In this document: piece by piece, positions 19,618 to 29,204 of the stretch | Position numbering within the stretch: the first letter of the stretch is position 1 | Layout: each line of letters opens with the position of its first letter | Origin: an uncultured Candidatus Saccharibacteria bacterium | GTDB lineage: Bacteria; Patescibacteriota; Dojkabacteria; B142; OLB20 | Assembly (NCBI GenBank): GCA_964461915.1 | Contig: CAYWVD010000001.1 | Span: forward strand, 156,671-220,670 | Length of the DNA: 64,000 bases | Direction of reading: 5' to 3' | Made by a program: the position numbers and the translations under genes | Notes under the pieces: model-generated | The model's input: the letters and a program-made list of their open reading frames with translations, nothing else | What the model was told of the DNA's origin: nothing | The model's database searches: none

Positions 19618-21053
19618 TAAAGAACGCTTCCTTCCATGCTAAGGTTGATTAAAGTATTAAGTTCTGCGGCATATTCCATAGGTAATTCTTTAACAATTGG
19701 TTCAATAAAACCGGATACTATTAAAGCTGATGCTTGTGCTTCGTTGAGTCCTCGGGACATTAAATAACTTAATTGTTTTTTATTAAGTTTACTAACACTA
19801 GCTTCGTGAGATATTTCTGTACTATTGTTGAGAACTAAATTTGTAGGGTAGGTATCAGTTTGAGAAATATTATCAAGGATGAGAGCTTCGCAATTTACCT
19901 TAGATTTGGCTTTTAACGCAAAAGTATCAGATTTAACAAATCCTCTAAAAGAACTTCTGCCACCCCTTAAACAAATCGACTTAGAATTAATAATACTGGA
20001 AGTGTTCTTCCCGATATGGATGGCTTTGCCGCCGGCGTCGATGATTTGACCCTTACCTGCTAAAGCTATTGAAAGGATTTCTCCATGTGAATTATCACCT
20101 TCAAGGATCATTGCGGGGTATTTCATTGTGATTTTGGATCCTAGATTACAATCGACCCATTCCATAACGCCATTTTCAAAGACCTTAGACCTTTTTGTTA
20201 CAAGATTCAAAACATTTGTCGACCAATTTTGAATTGTGGTGTAGCGAACCCTAGCATTTTTCATGACTATTACTTCGACGACGGCGGCATGAAGCGAATC
20301 AGCGCTATATGTTGGAGCAGTACAGCCTTCGATATAGTGAACTTCACTGCCTTCATCGGCAATAATAAGAGTCCTTTCAAACTGGCCCATACTCTTTGTA
20401 TTAATTCGGAAGTATGTCTGAAGAGGAATTTTAAGTTTTATATGTTTTGGTATATAGATAAATGATCCACCGCTATAAACAGCCGAGTTTAGGGCCGCGA
20501 ATTTATTATCTGTAAAAGGGACGACAGAATTAAAGTATTTTTTAAAAAGATCTGGATATTTTTTATATCCTTCGGAAATATCTAAAAAAATTACGCCTTG
20601 TTTTGCCCATTTTTCTTTAAGATTTTTATAGATTATCTCAGATTCATATTGTGTGGCAATGCCAGCTAGGTATTTTTTTTCGGCTTCAGGTATCCCCAAT
20701 TTCTCAAAGGTTTCTTGAATTTTTGCGGGGACAGAATCCCAAGTTTTTTCTTTTGAATCTGAAGCCTGAACAAAATATTTTATATTGTCAAAATCTAGGG
20801 CTTTTAAATCGGGGCCAAATTCAGGCCATTTATGTTTTAAAAATTCTTTATAAGCTTTTAAACGGAAGTTTAGCATCCATTTGTCCTCATCCTTAATTTT
20901 GGCAATATTTTTTACAACATCTTTTGAAAGGCCTTTTTTAAATTCAATTTTATTCTGCAAATCGGTATGAAAGCCGTATTTCTCGTCGTAATCGTTTTTT
21001 GTATATATTTTTTTTACTTCGCAGTTTTCAGCTTCTGAATTTTTCATAACCAA
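19617..21053 (-). CDS. sufB: Fe-S cluster assembly protein SufB
   Basis: SufB beta-helix region and C-terminal QLSYLMSRGLNEAQASALIVSGF. 478 aa. Confidence 0.9.
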   Translation of the reverse strand: MVMKNSEAENCEVKKIYTKNDYDEKYGFHTDLQNKIEFKKGLSKDVVKNIAKIKDEDKWMLNFRLKAYKEFLKHKWPEFGPDLKALDFDNIKYFVQASDSKEKTWDSVPAKIQETFEKLGIPEAEKKYLAGIATQYESEIIYKNLKEKWAKQGVIFLDISEGYKKYPDLFKKYFNSVVPFTDNKFAALNSAVYSGGSFIYIPKHIKLKIPLQTYFRINTKSMGQFERTLIIADEGSEVHYIEGCTAPTYSADSLHAAVVEVIVMKNARVRYTTIQNWSTNVLNLVTKRSKVFENGVMEWVDCNLGSKITMKYPAMILEGDNSHGEILSIALAGKGQIIDAGGKAIHIGKNTSSIINSKSICLRGGRSSFRGFVKSDTFALKAKSKVNCEALILDNISQTDTYPTNLVLNNSTEISHEASVSKLNKKQLSYLMSRGLNEAQASALIVSGFIEPIVKELPMEYAAELNTLINLSMEGSVL

Positions 21054-21771
21054 ATTTTTCGATTGTTTGTAAGATGCTTGAATCTCTAGTCTTAACTATT
21101 TTTCCATCAATCATAATGTGGATTTTATCTGGTATAAGATCTTCGAAGATCTTGTGATAGTGCGTGATCACTAAAATTGTTAGATTTGGATTTGTATCCC
21201 TTAAATTCTTTATATAGCTAAAGATCGTCTTTAATGCTTCAATATCAAGACCGGAATCTGTTTCATCAAGGATGGCAAGTTTTGGACTTCTTAGGGCCAT
21301 CTGAAGTATCTCCAGCTTCTTTTTTTCACCACCAGAAAGACCTTCATTCAGATTCCTTTCTATTAAAGAATCAGGAATATTTAATGTCCTTGCAAGAGAA
21401 AGTAAATACTCCTTAAATTTAAACACGGGAAGTTGTTGGTCCTTAGGTTTTTGATTATTGTAAATTAGTCGAGCAAAGCTTCTAAAGTTTAAGCCCGGGA
21501 CTTCAATAGGAGTTTGATAAGCCATAAAGATACCTTTATTAGCCCGTTCTGTAATTGTTAAATCGGTAATATTATGGCCTTCAAAGTATATTTTGCCTGA
21601 AGAAATCTTACAATCGGGATCTGCTACAATTGCTTTCGCTAAGGTAGATTTGCCTGATCCGTTTGGGCCCATAATGACATGAACTTCACCTTCTGAGATT
21701 TGTAAAGAAATGTCAGACAAAATCTTTTTTGAATTAATTTCGCAACTGAGATCTTTTAATTCTAATATCAT
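21028..21771 (-). CDS. sufC: Fe-S cluster assembly ATPase SufC
   Basis: Walker A GPNGSGKSTL, ABC signature LSGGEKKKLEIL, Walker B LAILDETDSGLD. Confidence 0.9.
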   Translation of the reverse strand: MILELKDLSCEINSKKILSDISLQISEGEVHVIMGPNGSGKSTLAKAIVADPDCKISSGKIYFEGHNITDLTITERANKGIFMAYQTPIEVPGLNFRSFARLIYNNQKPKDQQLPVFKFKEYLLSLARTLNIPDSLIERNLNEGLSGGEKKKLEILQMALRSPKLAILDETDSGLDIEALKTIFSYIKNLRDTNPNLTILVITHYHKIFEDLIPDKIHIMIDGKIVKTRDSSILQTIEKFGYEKFRS

Positions 21772-21772
21772 T

Positions 21773-23560
21773 TTAGATAAAAATTGGTGAAATTAATTTA
21801 ATTACATCGGCTGGCTTCATTTTAATTGATTCGGTATTTAAACCATCGTTGAATGCCGAAACAGCTTTGCTTTCAATCTCTCTTGAAAAATAGGTTGTCA
21901 TCCCTAAAAGATTTCCAAAAGGTGGGATTGAGCCTAGTTCTAGTCCAAATTTGTCTTTGATGATTTGAGGATTCTCAAATTCAAACTTCTCAGTTTCAAA
22001 GTTGGCAAGTAAGTTCATATCCAGCTTTTGATCGGCTGGAATACAAACCATAATATTCTTACCTGTTTTTTTCCCTCTTAATATAATGGCCTTAATTCCT
22101 TCATCGAGCTTGGTGTTTCTTAGTGTGGCTGATTCTTCAGAGGTTTTTGCAGGCTCATGGGTTACTGTTTCGAATTTGATTTTATTTTTGTTAAGTTGAG
22201 ATAATATTTCTGTATTTAATTCTTTGCCAAAGAAAATCTTAGGAGCTATTCTTACTCCTCCAATAAGTTTTGGATCTGATGGGAATAATTCGGCTTCTTT
22301 GATATTATCTAGACCAATCATTTTTTGGACAAATCTTGCAATTCCTAAGCCAAAACCGCCTTCCTCAGGCATGCCGTATTTAAAACCATCTAAATATTGT
22401 TTTAAACCTGGGTTATTTGAATCAATCCCTTTGGATTGGATTTGCGAAACTAACTTCTCATAATTTACTTCACGCCTAGTAATGGTAGCAAGTTCTACAC
22501 CTCGGAATATCAAATCAGCTCTATCTGCAAATTCTAGGTTTTTCTCATTTTGATGATGATAAAATTTTGCATCGGCCCAAGGGAAGTCAACAATAAATAA
22601 GGCTTCACTATTCCAGTTCTTAATGGAATATTCAGTAATGAACTTTTCCTCAGAGGGTGCAACATCCATTTCGCCTGTGTGATCTTCACCTGTCTCTTTT
22701 TTCATAAGCTCATGAAGATCTTTAACACTTATTCGAGGAAGTTTTTCAGAAATGATTGGCTTTTTTGCTCCAAGTTCTTCTAAAAGAGTCTTTGATTCAT
22801 TCCAGGTATTTTCGGTTATGTATTTGATAAAGGTCTCGGATACATTAAGAATATCTTCAAAGGAATTAATAAATCCCATCTCCATGTCCAACATTAAGAT
22901 CTCGGAGACATGTCTGCTGGTATTACTTTTTTCGGCTCTATAGGCTCTTCCGATTTCATAAACTTTTTCAAAAACTCCTACCATGATTTGTTTATAAAAC
23001 TGAGGGCTTTGCGCCATATAGGCTTTTTTATCAAAATAATTAACTTCGAAAACTTCTGCGCCACCTTCAGTTGGGAAGGCGATCATTTTTGGTGAATTAA
23101 TTTGAGTGAAATCATTTTGGTTGAAAAAGTCCCTAATAATCCTTTCTGCATTACTCGCTATTTTAAAAATTGATGATTGCTTGGGGTGTCGTAAAGTTAC
23201 AACTCGATTCTCAAGCATAGTATCAAATTCGACATTAAGATCATTCTTAGAAATATCGACCGGACTAGGAAATTTGACAGGCTGAATTATTTCAATATTG
23301 CCTTTTTGAACTTCCACGCCATATTGTGATTTTTCCGAAAGTATTGCATTACCTTTTATTCTTAAAACTGACCCAGTGTATAAACCGTCTAGTTTTTTAA
23401 TCTCTTCTTCAGATTCTAAAACAATTTGGCTTAAACCTTTTCTGTCTCTAAGGATCAAGAACGCAAGCTTTCCCATTGTTCTTAAATTATGGAGCCAGCC
23501 TTCAAGTAGGATTTCTTCGCCAATGTGATTTTTAAGATCATTCGATAATATTCTTTGCAT
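21773..23560 (-). CDS. aspS: aspartate--tRNA ligase, archaeal/eukaryal type, fused to C-terminal YbaK/ProX-like aminoacyl-tRNA deacylase domain
   Basis: N-terminal OB-fold anticodon domain, class II motifs (FTQINSP; GGAEVFEVNYFDKKAYMAQSPQFYKQ; GRAYRAE; GGFGLGIARFV). The last ~150 aa align end to end with E. coli YbaK (LNKNKIKFETVTHEP vs LEKNKISFQIHTYEHDP; KAII vs KTLL; GSIPPFG vs GGISPLG). Confidence 0.8.
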   Translation of the reverse strand: MQRILSNDLKNHIGEEILLEGWLHNLRTMGKLAFLILRDRKGLSQIVLESEEEIKKLDGLYTGSVLRIKGNAILSEKSQYGVEVQKGNIEIIQPVKFPSPVDISKNDLNVEFDTMLENRVVTLRHPKQSSIFKIASNAERIIRDFFNQNDFTQINSPKMIAFPTEGGAEVFEVNYFDKKAYMAQSPQFYKQIMVGVFEKVYEIGRAYRAEKSNTSRHVSEILMLDMEMGFINSFEDILNVSETFIKYITENTWNESKTLLEELGAKKPIISEKLPRISVKDLHELMKKETGEDHTGEMDVAPSEEKFITEYSIKNWNSEALFIVDFPWADAKFYHHQNEKNLEFADRADLIFRGVELATITRREVNYEKLVSQIQSKGIDSNNPGLKQYLDGFKYGMPEEGGFGLGIARFVQKMIGLDNIKEAELFPSDPKLIGGVRIAPKIFFGKELNTEILSQLNKNKIKFETVTHEPAKTSEESATLRNTKLDEGIKAIILRGKKTGKNIMVCIPADQKLDMNLLANFETEKFEFENPQIIKDKFGLELGSIPPFGNLLGMTTYFSREIESKAVSAFNDGLNTESIKMKPADVIKLISPIFI

Positions 23561-23592
23561 TTAAAAAAATTTAATAAATATAAATAAAAAAA

Positions 23593-23638
23593 GAGCCGTT
23601 TTAGATTATATAAAAAAATTTACAATCTAAAAGGGCCC
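23593..23638. promoter_or_regulatory. strong hairpin in aspS 5' leader (terminator-like on minus strand)
   Basis: GAGCCGTTTTAGATT ... AATCTAAAAGGGCCC pairs 12 of 13. On the minus strand it is followed by a U-rich tract ending at the aspS ATG. Confidence 0.3.
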
Positions 23639-23856
23639 TTCATTTTTAAAAAATATCGGGTGGTGCCACCTTTGTTCTACAAATGCAATCGCTTGATTTA
23701 TAGCACTTTATGAAGATATTTAGTTTTAATCACTTAATTTTTAAGGCTTACACCAAACCCTTAATCGCTTATGTTTATTTTAACATATATCTTAAATTTA
23801 AAAAGTAGAGGTCCTTCAATTTTATTGCTATAATTTTTGAAAATAGTTTTGCAAAA

Positions 23857-24540
23857 TTGAAAAACTTCGGTCGTATAGTTTTACTGTTAATAGTACTTAT
23901 TCTTATTGGGATTTGGTCCCCTTGGCATAATTGGGATTTTTCCTTCCTATCAATGATAGGTATAGAAAATGATAATAGCTATTCTACACTTAAAGTTAAA
24001 TCATTATCTGGAAGCATAGATATTTATATCGATGACAAACTTGAAGGTAGTGTTGTTGCTGATGAATCTTTTGCAGAAATAAATACCATAAAAGAGGGCA
24101 TGCACTTAGTAAAACTTAAAAGGCAATCCGAAAATGGAGACATCTATTTTGAACTTAATAAAGAAATTAACTTTATTTCTGGAGTTGAAGTAGTTATGGC
24201 TTATGATCTTGGGCCATCTGAGGCTTTTTCAGAAGGTCATATTCTTTTCACTTCAAAAAATTACAAGAAAAACCAAAACCCTGTTGTTAATATAATTTCT
24301 TCACCAGAAGATCTAAATGTTTTTATTGATGATGAGCAAATTGGTACGACCCCAATAAGTGAATTAGAATTAGATTTGTCAAGACAACATAAGATCAGAT
24401 TTGAGAAAACCGGTTACGATTCTTTAGAATTTATGATTTTACCCGAAGATCAAGAGAGTAGGGATAAATTGAAAGATTTAACGATCAATCTTGAGGTAAA
24501 TTTATTTTTACAGCCGGTTAAAATAATTAAAAATACCTAA
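23857..24540 (+). CDS. membrane-anchored PEGA-domain protein (TTG start as given by track)
   Basis: N-terminal TM and two PEGA-like repeats (IDIYIDDKLEGS...; NVFIDDEQIGTTPIS...GYDSLEFMI). Confidence 0.45.
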   Translation: MKNFGRIVLLLIVLILIGIWSPWHNWDFSFLSMIGIENDNSYSTLKVKSLSGSIDIYIDDKLEGSVVADESFAEINTIKEGMHLVKLKRQSENGDIYFELNKEINFISGVEVVMAYDLGPSEAFSEGHILFTSKNYKKNQNPVVNIISSPEDLNVFIDDEQIGTTPISELELDLSRQHKIRFEKTGYDSLEFMILPEDQESRDKLKDLTINLEVNLFLQPVKIIKNT

Positions 24541-27500
24541 TGGTCACTGCCAATCAATTAAAAAACGCAATAAAATTTCCGACCTCGATTATTGTAAGGG
24601 GACAAGATCTTCTTGGGATTGAACTAGCAAAATCTCTATTAGAACAAGGTGGATTTGTAATTATTATCGATAAAGGCAGTCGAGAAGTTGAAAAATATTT
24701 ACCACTTATAGATTCCTATAAGAATTTAGTTTTAATGGATTATAGCGGCATAAGTTCGCTCCAAAGGGATCTAAGAAGGCTTGATTATGTTTTTTATCTT
24801 GATCATCAATATTCAGATTATTCGGAGAAAATTTCTACACAAGAATTTTTACAAGCATCAAATTATTTAGACACTGTACTTGATTTGACTGCAAAATTTG
24901 ATGCGAAATTCTTACTTACAACCTCAATTAAAGCGCATCAAGCGATTGTTGGAAATAAAGTCATCGATTTAAATTATGAAATGCAGGCTGCAGAAAAATA
25001 CTCTGCATATTCTGAGCTTGAAATTCAGAGATATTCTGAAAGTCTTGTTCGTGAATACCAGGAGAAGGTGGGTATTAATACTCGAATCGTTAGATTGGGG
25101 ACATTACTTGGCAGAGGTATGGAAATCAACCTTGATTCCATAGTAGTAAAATTGATAATTCAAGCCTTACAAAACGAGAGACTATTAATCCCCGGCGATG
25201 GTCTTGATACAGATTATTACATCCATTACCTTGATGCCGCTTATGGAATAATTAAGGCACAATTTTCACCAAATACAAAAGGTCAAATTTTTACATTATC
25301 AAATGAAGAGGAGATTTCTGTATTAGGCATAGCATATAAATTGATAGAACTCATTCCATCGGCTAAAGAAATTCAATTTGATCAAAATGATAATTCTCTT
25401 CCTCCAATTAAATTGTACAAACCAGCTGCTAATCTTACATCTATTGGCTGGTCACCAAGAATATCCTTCGATAGGGGTTTATCTCAGACTATTGATTTTA
25501 TAAAAGCGAGACTAAGTGAAGTGAATGGTAATGTGCAAAATTTAGAAAAAGAACTTATTCCCATATCAGGGAAAAAGGAACCGAAAGAAATCAAAAAGAA
25601 ATTTCTAGACTTCTTTTTCATTGCATCTAAAGAAGATGATCCATCTGCTACAGCCAATTTGAATACTCAAAACCTTAACAGCGAAGGAGCTTTAGCTAGG
25701 CTTATAGCGGAAAGAAAAAATCAAGAAAGAGCTAGAAAGGGGAGCATAATTTTAGCGAATAATAATTTACGAGAAGCTCTTCAGAAAAGGCCCGATCGAA
25801 CTCCTTTAGAAAGGTTTGATGATTGGCTAAATGATTTATTTGTGAGAATAAAACAAAGATTAAATGTCTTTAAAAATTTGACTCTCAAAGAATTTGCACT
25901 ATGGATGGCCGGACTGACTGCTTTTTTTATCATCTATTTCATATTTATTTCTCCATTGCTAAGTCTGTCAAAGGATATCCTCCTTTTTAGAAAAAATATT
26001 AAAGATTTATCAAATTCAGCAGAAATTTATAATTTCAATGAAATAAATGTAAAAACAAATGAAATTCTTGAAAACATCAATAATATTGAATCCAGATTAA
26101 AAGATCTTGAATTTGCATTTGTTTTAGTCAACCAAAATGATATTTATGCAAATACCAGATTGTTTATAACACAAGTAGAACAGTATTTTTTTGGGTTAGA
26201 TAATTATTCAAAATCTCTTATCCCATTAGATAATTTTCAAAAGATCTATTCACCGGGATTTGTCCAAAGATTAGATGAACAATTAATAATCGCAGATAAT
26301 AAGTCGAATTATATTGATAATCTTAACGAGCTATATAAAAACAGGTCGCTACTATCTTTAGGTCAAAAAGCAATGGAAGAAAATCAAGGTAGGATAATTG
26401 AAGGATTAAAATCTTTTCCAGATTGGGCAAAAACTTTTTTTGGCAATGATTTAGAAAGTTCTTTAACTTTTTATGAAGATGGCAAAGATATTGTAGAAAC
26501 TGTTAATAATTTGAATGTTCTTGTTGGCAAGGACAAAATGAGGCATTACTTAATAATCTTGCAAGACAATGAAAGATTTTATGCAAATGGTGGAAAGCTA
26601 GTGGGTTATTATCTATTAGGTGTTCAAAATGCTGAAATTAAAAATGTTAAATTTGTAAATATTTCTGAATTTCAAAATATTAATCCTAATTTATCAACAG
26701 CAGCAGTTAAAGATATAACTTTAGTGAGTAAGAAGATGCTCACACTTAACAATGTGGTTTTTAATGATATAAATTTTATTTCTGATCCCGACCTATTCTA
26801 CGATGAAGTTGAAGAAGTTGTTGAAGCAAAAGAACTAGTTCCCATTGATATGGGAATAATTGTAAATATGAATGCAATTGCTAATATAACCGGTGAAAGT
26901 GGGGATTTAATATTCAAACAAAAAAACATTTCGACAAACAACTTTTACGAATCGTTCAATGGTTTTCTAGCAAGTGATGCTACAGATAAACAAAGAAATG
27001 ATTTGATAATTTCGTATTTTTCTACGCTTTTAGAGAAAAAGGTTAACAATGTTTTTATTGATAAATCAATTAGCGATGCAGTCTTTAAATCAATATCATC
27101 TAATGATATTAGGGTATTTACAAATGAACCAATAATTCAAAAATATTTATCAAGTATTTTTACAGATATTAAAGTTAAAGATGAAGTGTTCATAGGAATG
27201 AACTATGACGGTATGTCAGCAAAATTTTCAAATTTAAATGATATTGAAATCTCGGGCAATATCCTAGTTAAAAAAGATTTTACTACAACAAAGAATTTTA
27301 AAATTAAATTCAATGCAAATGGAGTGCTGAATACATATTTTTGTATGCCAAGCAGTGTTTCAGAACTCGATATTAACGAAACTGCTACCGAAAACTATTC
27401 TCAAGCCTTTGATGTAACCAATCTCCAGAAGCTTTGCGTAATAATGCTTCCTGATGACGATCTAAAATATGGAATAAATTATAAAACTGGAGTTTTTGAA

Positions 27501-27707
27501 AAAACTACTGATTCAAGCTATAATTATTTATTCAAGATAAATTCCATCTCAGGCACTCAAGTAAATTATGATTTAGAGTTTTTGTTTGAAGATACACTGG
27601 ATCATGTGATTCCGATAACTGAAAACTCAATTAATCAATCTGATGGATATTTATTTAAAGGACAGTTTGTAAATTCAAAAACTTTTAATTTTAAAATTAA
27701 CCGATAA
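24540..27707 (+). CDS. large membrane protein: degenerate NAD-epimerase-like N-domain + TM + DUF4012-like extracytoplasmic domain
   Basis: N-terminal ~330 aa have an SDR/epimerase fold but the Gly motif is degenerate (VRGQDLLG) and YxxxK is missing. TM at ~aa 455-478. C-terminal region contains HYLIILQDNERFYANGGKLVGYY, resembling the DUF4012 LLxQNnaElRxtGG motif. Confidence 0.4.
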   Translation: MVTANQLKNAIKFPTSIIVRGQDLLGIELAKSLLEQGGFVIIIDKGSREVEKYLPLIDSYKNLVLMDYSGISSLQRDLRRLDYVFYLDHQYSDYSEKISTQEFLQASNYLDTVLDLTAKFDAKFLLTTSIKAHQAIVGNKVIDLNYEMQAAEKYSAYSELEIQRYSESLVREYQEKVGINTRIVRLGTLLGRGMEINLDSIVVKLIIQALQNERLLIPGDGLDTDYYIHYLDAAYGIIKAQFSPNTKGQIFTLSNEEEISVLGIAYKLIELIPSAKEIQFDQNDNSLPPIKLYKPAANLTSIGWSPRISFDRGLSQTIDFIKARLSEVNGNVQNLEKELIPISGKKEPKEIKKKFLDFFFIASKEDDPSATANLNTQNLNSEGALARLIAERKNQERARKGSIILANNNLREALQKRPDRTPLERFDDWLNDLFVRIKQRLNVFKNLTLKEFALWMAGLTAFFIIYFIFISPLLSLSKDILLFRKNIKDLSNSAEIYNFNEINVKTNEILENINNIESRLKDLEFAFVLVNQNDIYANTRLFITQVEQYFFGLDNYSKSLIPLDNFQKIYSPGFVQRLDEQLIIADNKSNYIDNLNELYKNRSLLSLGQKAMEENQGRIIEGLKSFPDWAKTFFGNDLESSLTFYEDGKDIVETVNNLNVLVGKDKMRHYLIILQDNERFYANGGKLVGYYLLGVQNAEIKNVKFVNISEFQNINPNLSTAAVKDITLVSKKMLTLNNVVFNDINFISDPDLFYDEVEEVVEAKELVPIDMGIIVNMNAIANITGESGDLIFKQKNISTNNFYESFNGFLASDATDKQRNDLIISYFSTLLEKKVNNVFIDKSISDAVFKSISSNDIRVFTNEPIIQKYLSSIFTDIKVKDEVFIGMNYDGMSAKFSNLNDIEISGNILVKKDFTTTKNFKIKFNANGVLNTYFCMPSSVSELDINETATENYSQAFDVTNLQKLCVIMLPDDDLKYGINYKTGVFEKTTDSSYNYLFKINSISGTQVNYDLEFLFEDTLDHVIPITENSINQSDGYLFKGQFVNSKTFNFKINR

Positions 27708-28174
27708 TGGATAATAAAACTCAAATCACAAAAGAAGGTTTAGCTGATTTAGAAAAAGAACTTGCTGATAGAATAAATGTAGTAAGGAAAAAGATAGCTG
27801 ATGAAATTGAAACAGCTAGGGAGCAAGGAGATCTCTCTGAAAATGCAGCATATAAAGCAGCAATGGATGAAAAAGAATTCAATGAAAAGAAGATAGAAGA
27901 ATTACAGGATCTTATAAAAAATGCTGTTATTATTGAAGAAAATCATAAAACCTCTAATGCTGTAATTGGTAAAACAGTTGTCGTCTTGAACAAAACTACG
28001 AATTCTAAATCTACATTTGAGTTGGTCGGTGCAAGTGAAGCTGATCCGACCAATGGCAAGATTTCAATCGAATCGCCTTTAGGAATGTCGATTGTTGGTA
28101 AAAAGAAGGATCAATCTTTTAAATTCGCTACTCCAGTTGGAGAATATGAATATGTGGTCCTAGAAATTAAATAA
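27707..28174 (+). CDS. greA: transcription elongation factor GreA
   Basis: N-terminal coiled coil with the acidic tip AREQGDLSENAAYKAAMDE and a C-terminal FKBP-like domain. Confidence 0.85.
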   Translation: MDNKTQITKEGLADLEKELADRINVVRKKIADEIETAREQGDLSENAAYKAAMDEKEFNEKKIEELQDLIKNAVIIEENHKTSNAVIGKTVVVLNKTTNSKSTFELVGASEADPTNGKISIESPLGMSIVGKKKDQSFKFATPVGEYEYVVLEIK

Positions 28175-28196
28175 GTTTATTATTGTTAAAATTTAA

Positions 28197-29204
28197 ATGG
28201 AAAGACATCCAGTGCCCCATAATTTTATGGATGTTGAATTTAAGCTTTTCGGTTTTTTTACTGTAAAGCAATTTGGATATTTGGCTGTTGGCTTTATTCT
28301 CTCATTGCTTATTTATTACTCGACTTTCCCTGATATTCTCAAGTTAATTTTCATTGGAGTTTCAATGGGTAGTGGGCTTGTTTTAGCGCTTGTTAAAATA
28401 AATGGCCAACCATCGGTAATTTATGTCCAAAACTTTATTACTAGTTTATTTGAACCCCAAGAAAGGCTCTGGAAAAAGACTCCTGTTGTTCCAGACATTT
28501 TACAAGAATCAAAGAACAATACAAAAGTTGAATCTAATAAAGAACTAGATAGCGCGCTTTCTAGAATAAAAGTTGCAAATATACCAGATCAGCCTTTAGC
28601 AAAATTATCTGAAGAAGAAGAAAAACTCGATAAATTCGAAAATGAAAATCTCAACAAAATTGACGAACATTTTGATTTCCTTTTTAATCAAGTCCCTGAA
28701 ATACAAGGCGAAAAATCTCAAACGCCATCTCACGATCGGGCCGTAAATACTCCACCAATAAACGAAACTATGTTTAAAAAGCCATCGACGATTGCTGATT
28801 CGATTAATCAAAATCTTCCGGGTGAAAAACTTTATGAAGGATCAAATTACGCTGTTTCGTTTAAACCTATGACGAGTAGGGTTAATAGACCGATTAATTT
28901 TAATGTTGCAAATCCTACCATGGCCGTTGTTAAAAATAATAATGCAAAATTGTACTTAACGGGAATAGTCGTTGATAGTGCTAATCAACCTATAAAATCA
29001 ACTAGAGTGGATATCATTGATCTTTCGGGCAAATTAGTTAGGTCACTAGCTACGAATAATGAGGGCAGATTTGAATTGATAAACCAATTACCAAGTGGCG
29101 ATTACTATTTAGATATTACAAAACCTGACTTCAACTTTGATCGCATAAGCGTTAATATAGAGGAAGGAAAATTATCAGACATTATTATTAAAGCGAAAAA
29201 CTAA
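28197..29204 (+). CDS. PrgI/VirB3-like membrane protein with C-terminal carboxypeptidase-regulatory-like beta-sandwich domain
   Basis: MERHPVPHNFMDVEFKLFGFFTVKQFGYLAVGFILSLLIYY matches the PrgI family N-terminus (VPQ..D.EDKI.G.LTLRQF.YL), with two TMs. C-terminus YLTGIVVDSANQPIKSTRVDIIDLSGKLV...GDYYLDITKPDFNF. Confidence 0.5.
   Translation: MERHPVPHNFMDVEFKLFGFFTVKQFGYLAVGFILSLLIYYSTFPDILKLIFIGVSMGSGLVLALVKINGQPSVIYVQNFITSLFEPQERLWKKTPVVPDILQESKNNTKVESNKELDSALSRIKVANIPDQPLAKLSEEEEKLDKFENENLNKIDEHFDFLFNQVPEIQGEKSQTPSHDRAVNTPPINETMFKKPSTIADSINQNLPGEKLYEGSNYAVSFKPMTSRVNRPINFNVANPTMAVVKNNNAKLYLTGIVVDSANQPIKSTRVDIIDLSGKLVRSLATNNEGRFELINQLPSGDYYLDITKPDFNFDRISVNIEEGKLSDIIIKAKN

Noticed and set aside
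23658-23670. GGGTGGTGCCACC resembles the T-box core GGGTGGTACCGCG, near an aaRS gene
   Set aside because: It is on the plus strand while aspS is on the minus strand. The plus-strand gene downstream is a PEGA membrane protein. No antiterminator/terminator pair follows. Judged to be chance similarity.
23710-23808. 32-aa hydrophobic ORF (MKIFSFNHLIFKAYTKPLIAYVYFNIYLKFKK) in the aspS/PEGA intergenic region
   Set aside because: No RBS or promoter context and AT-rich low-complexity codons. Most likely a random ORF in an AT-rich spacer.
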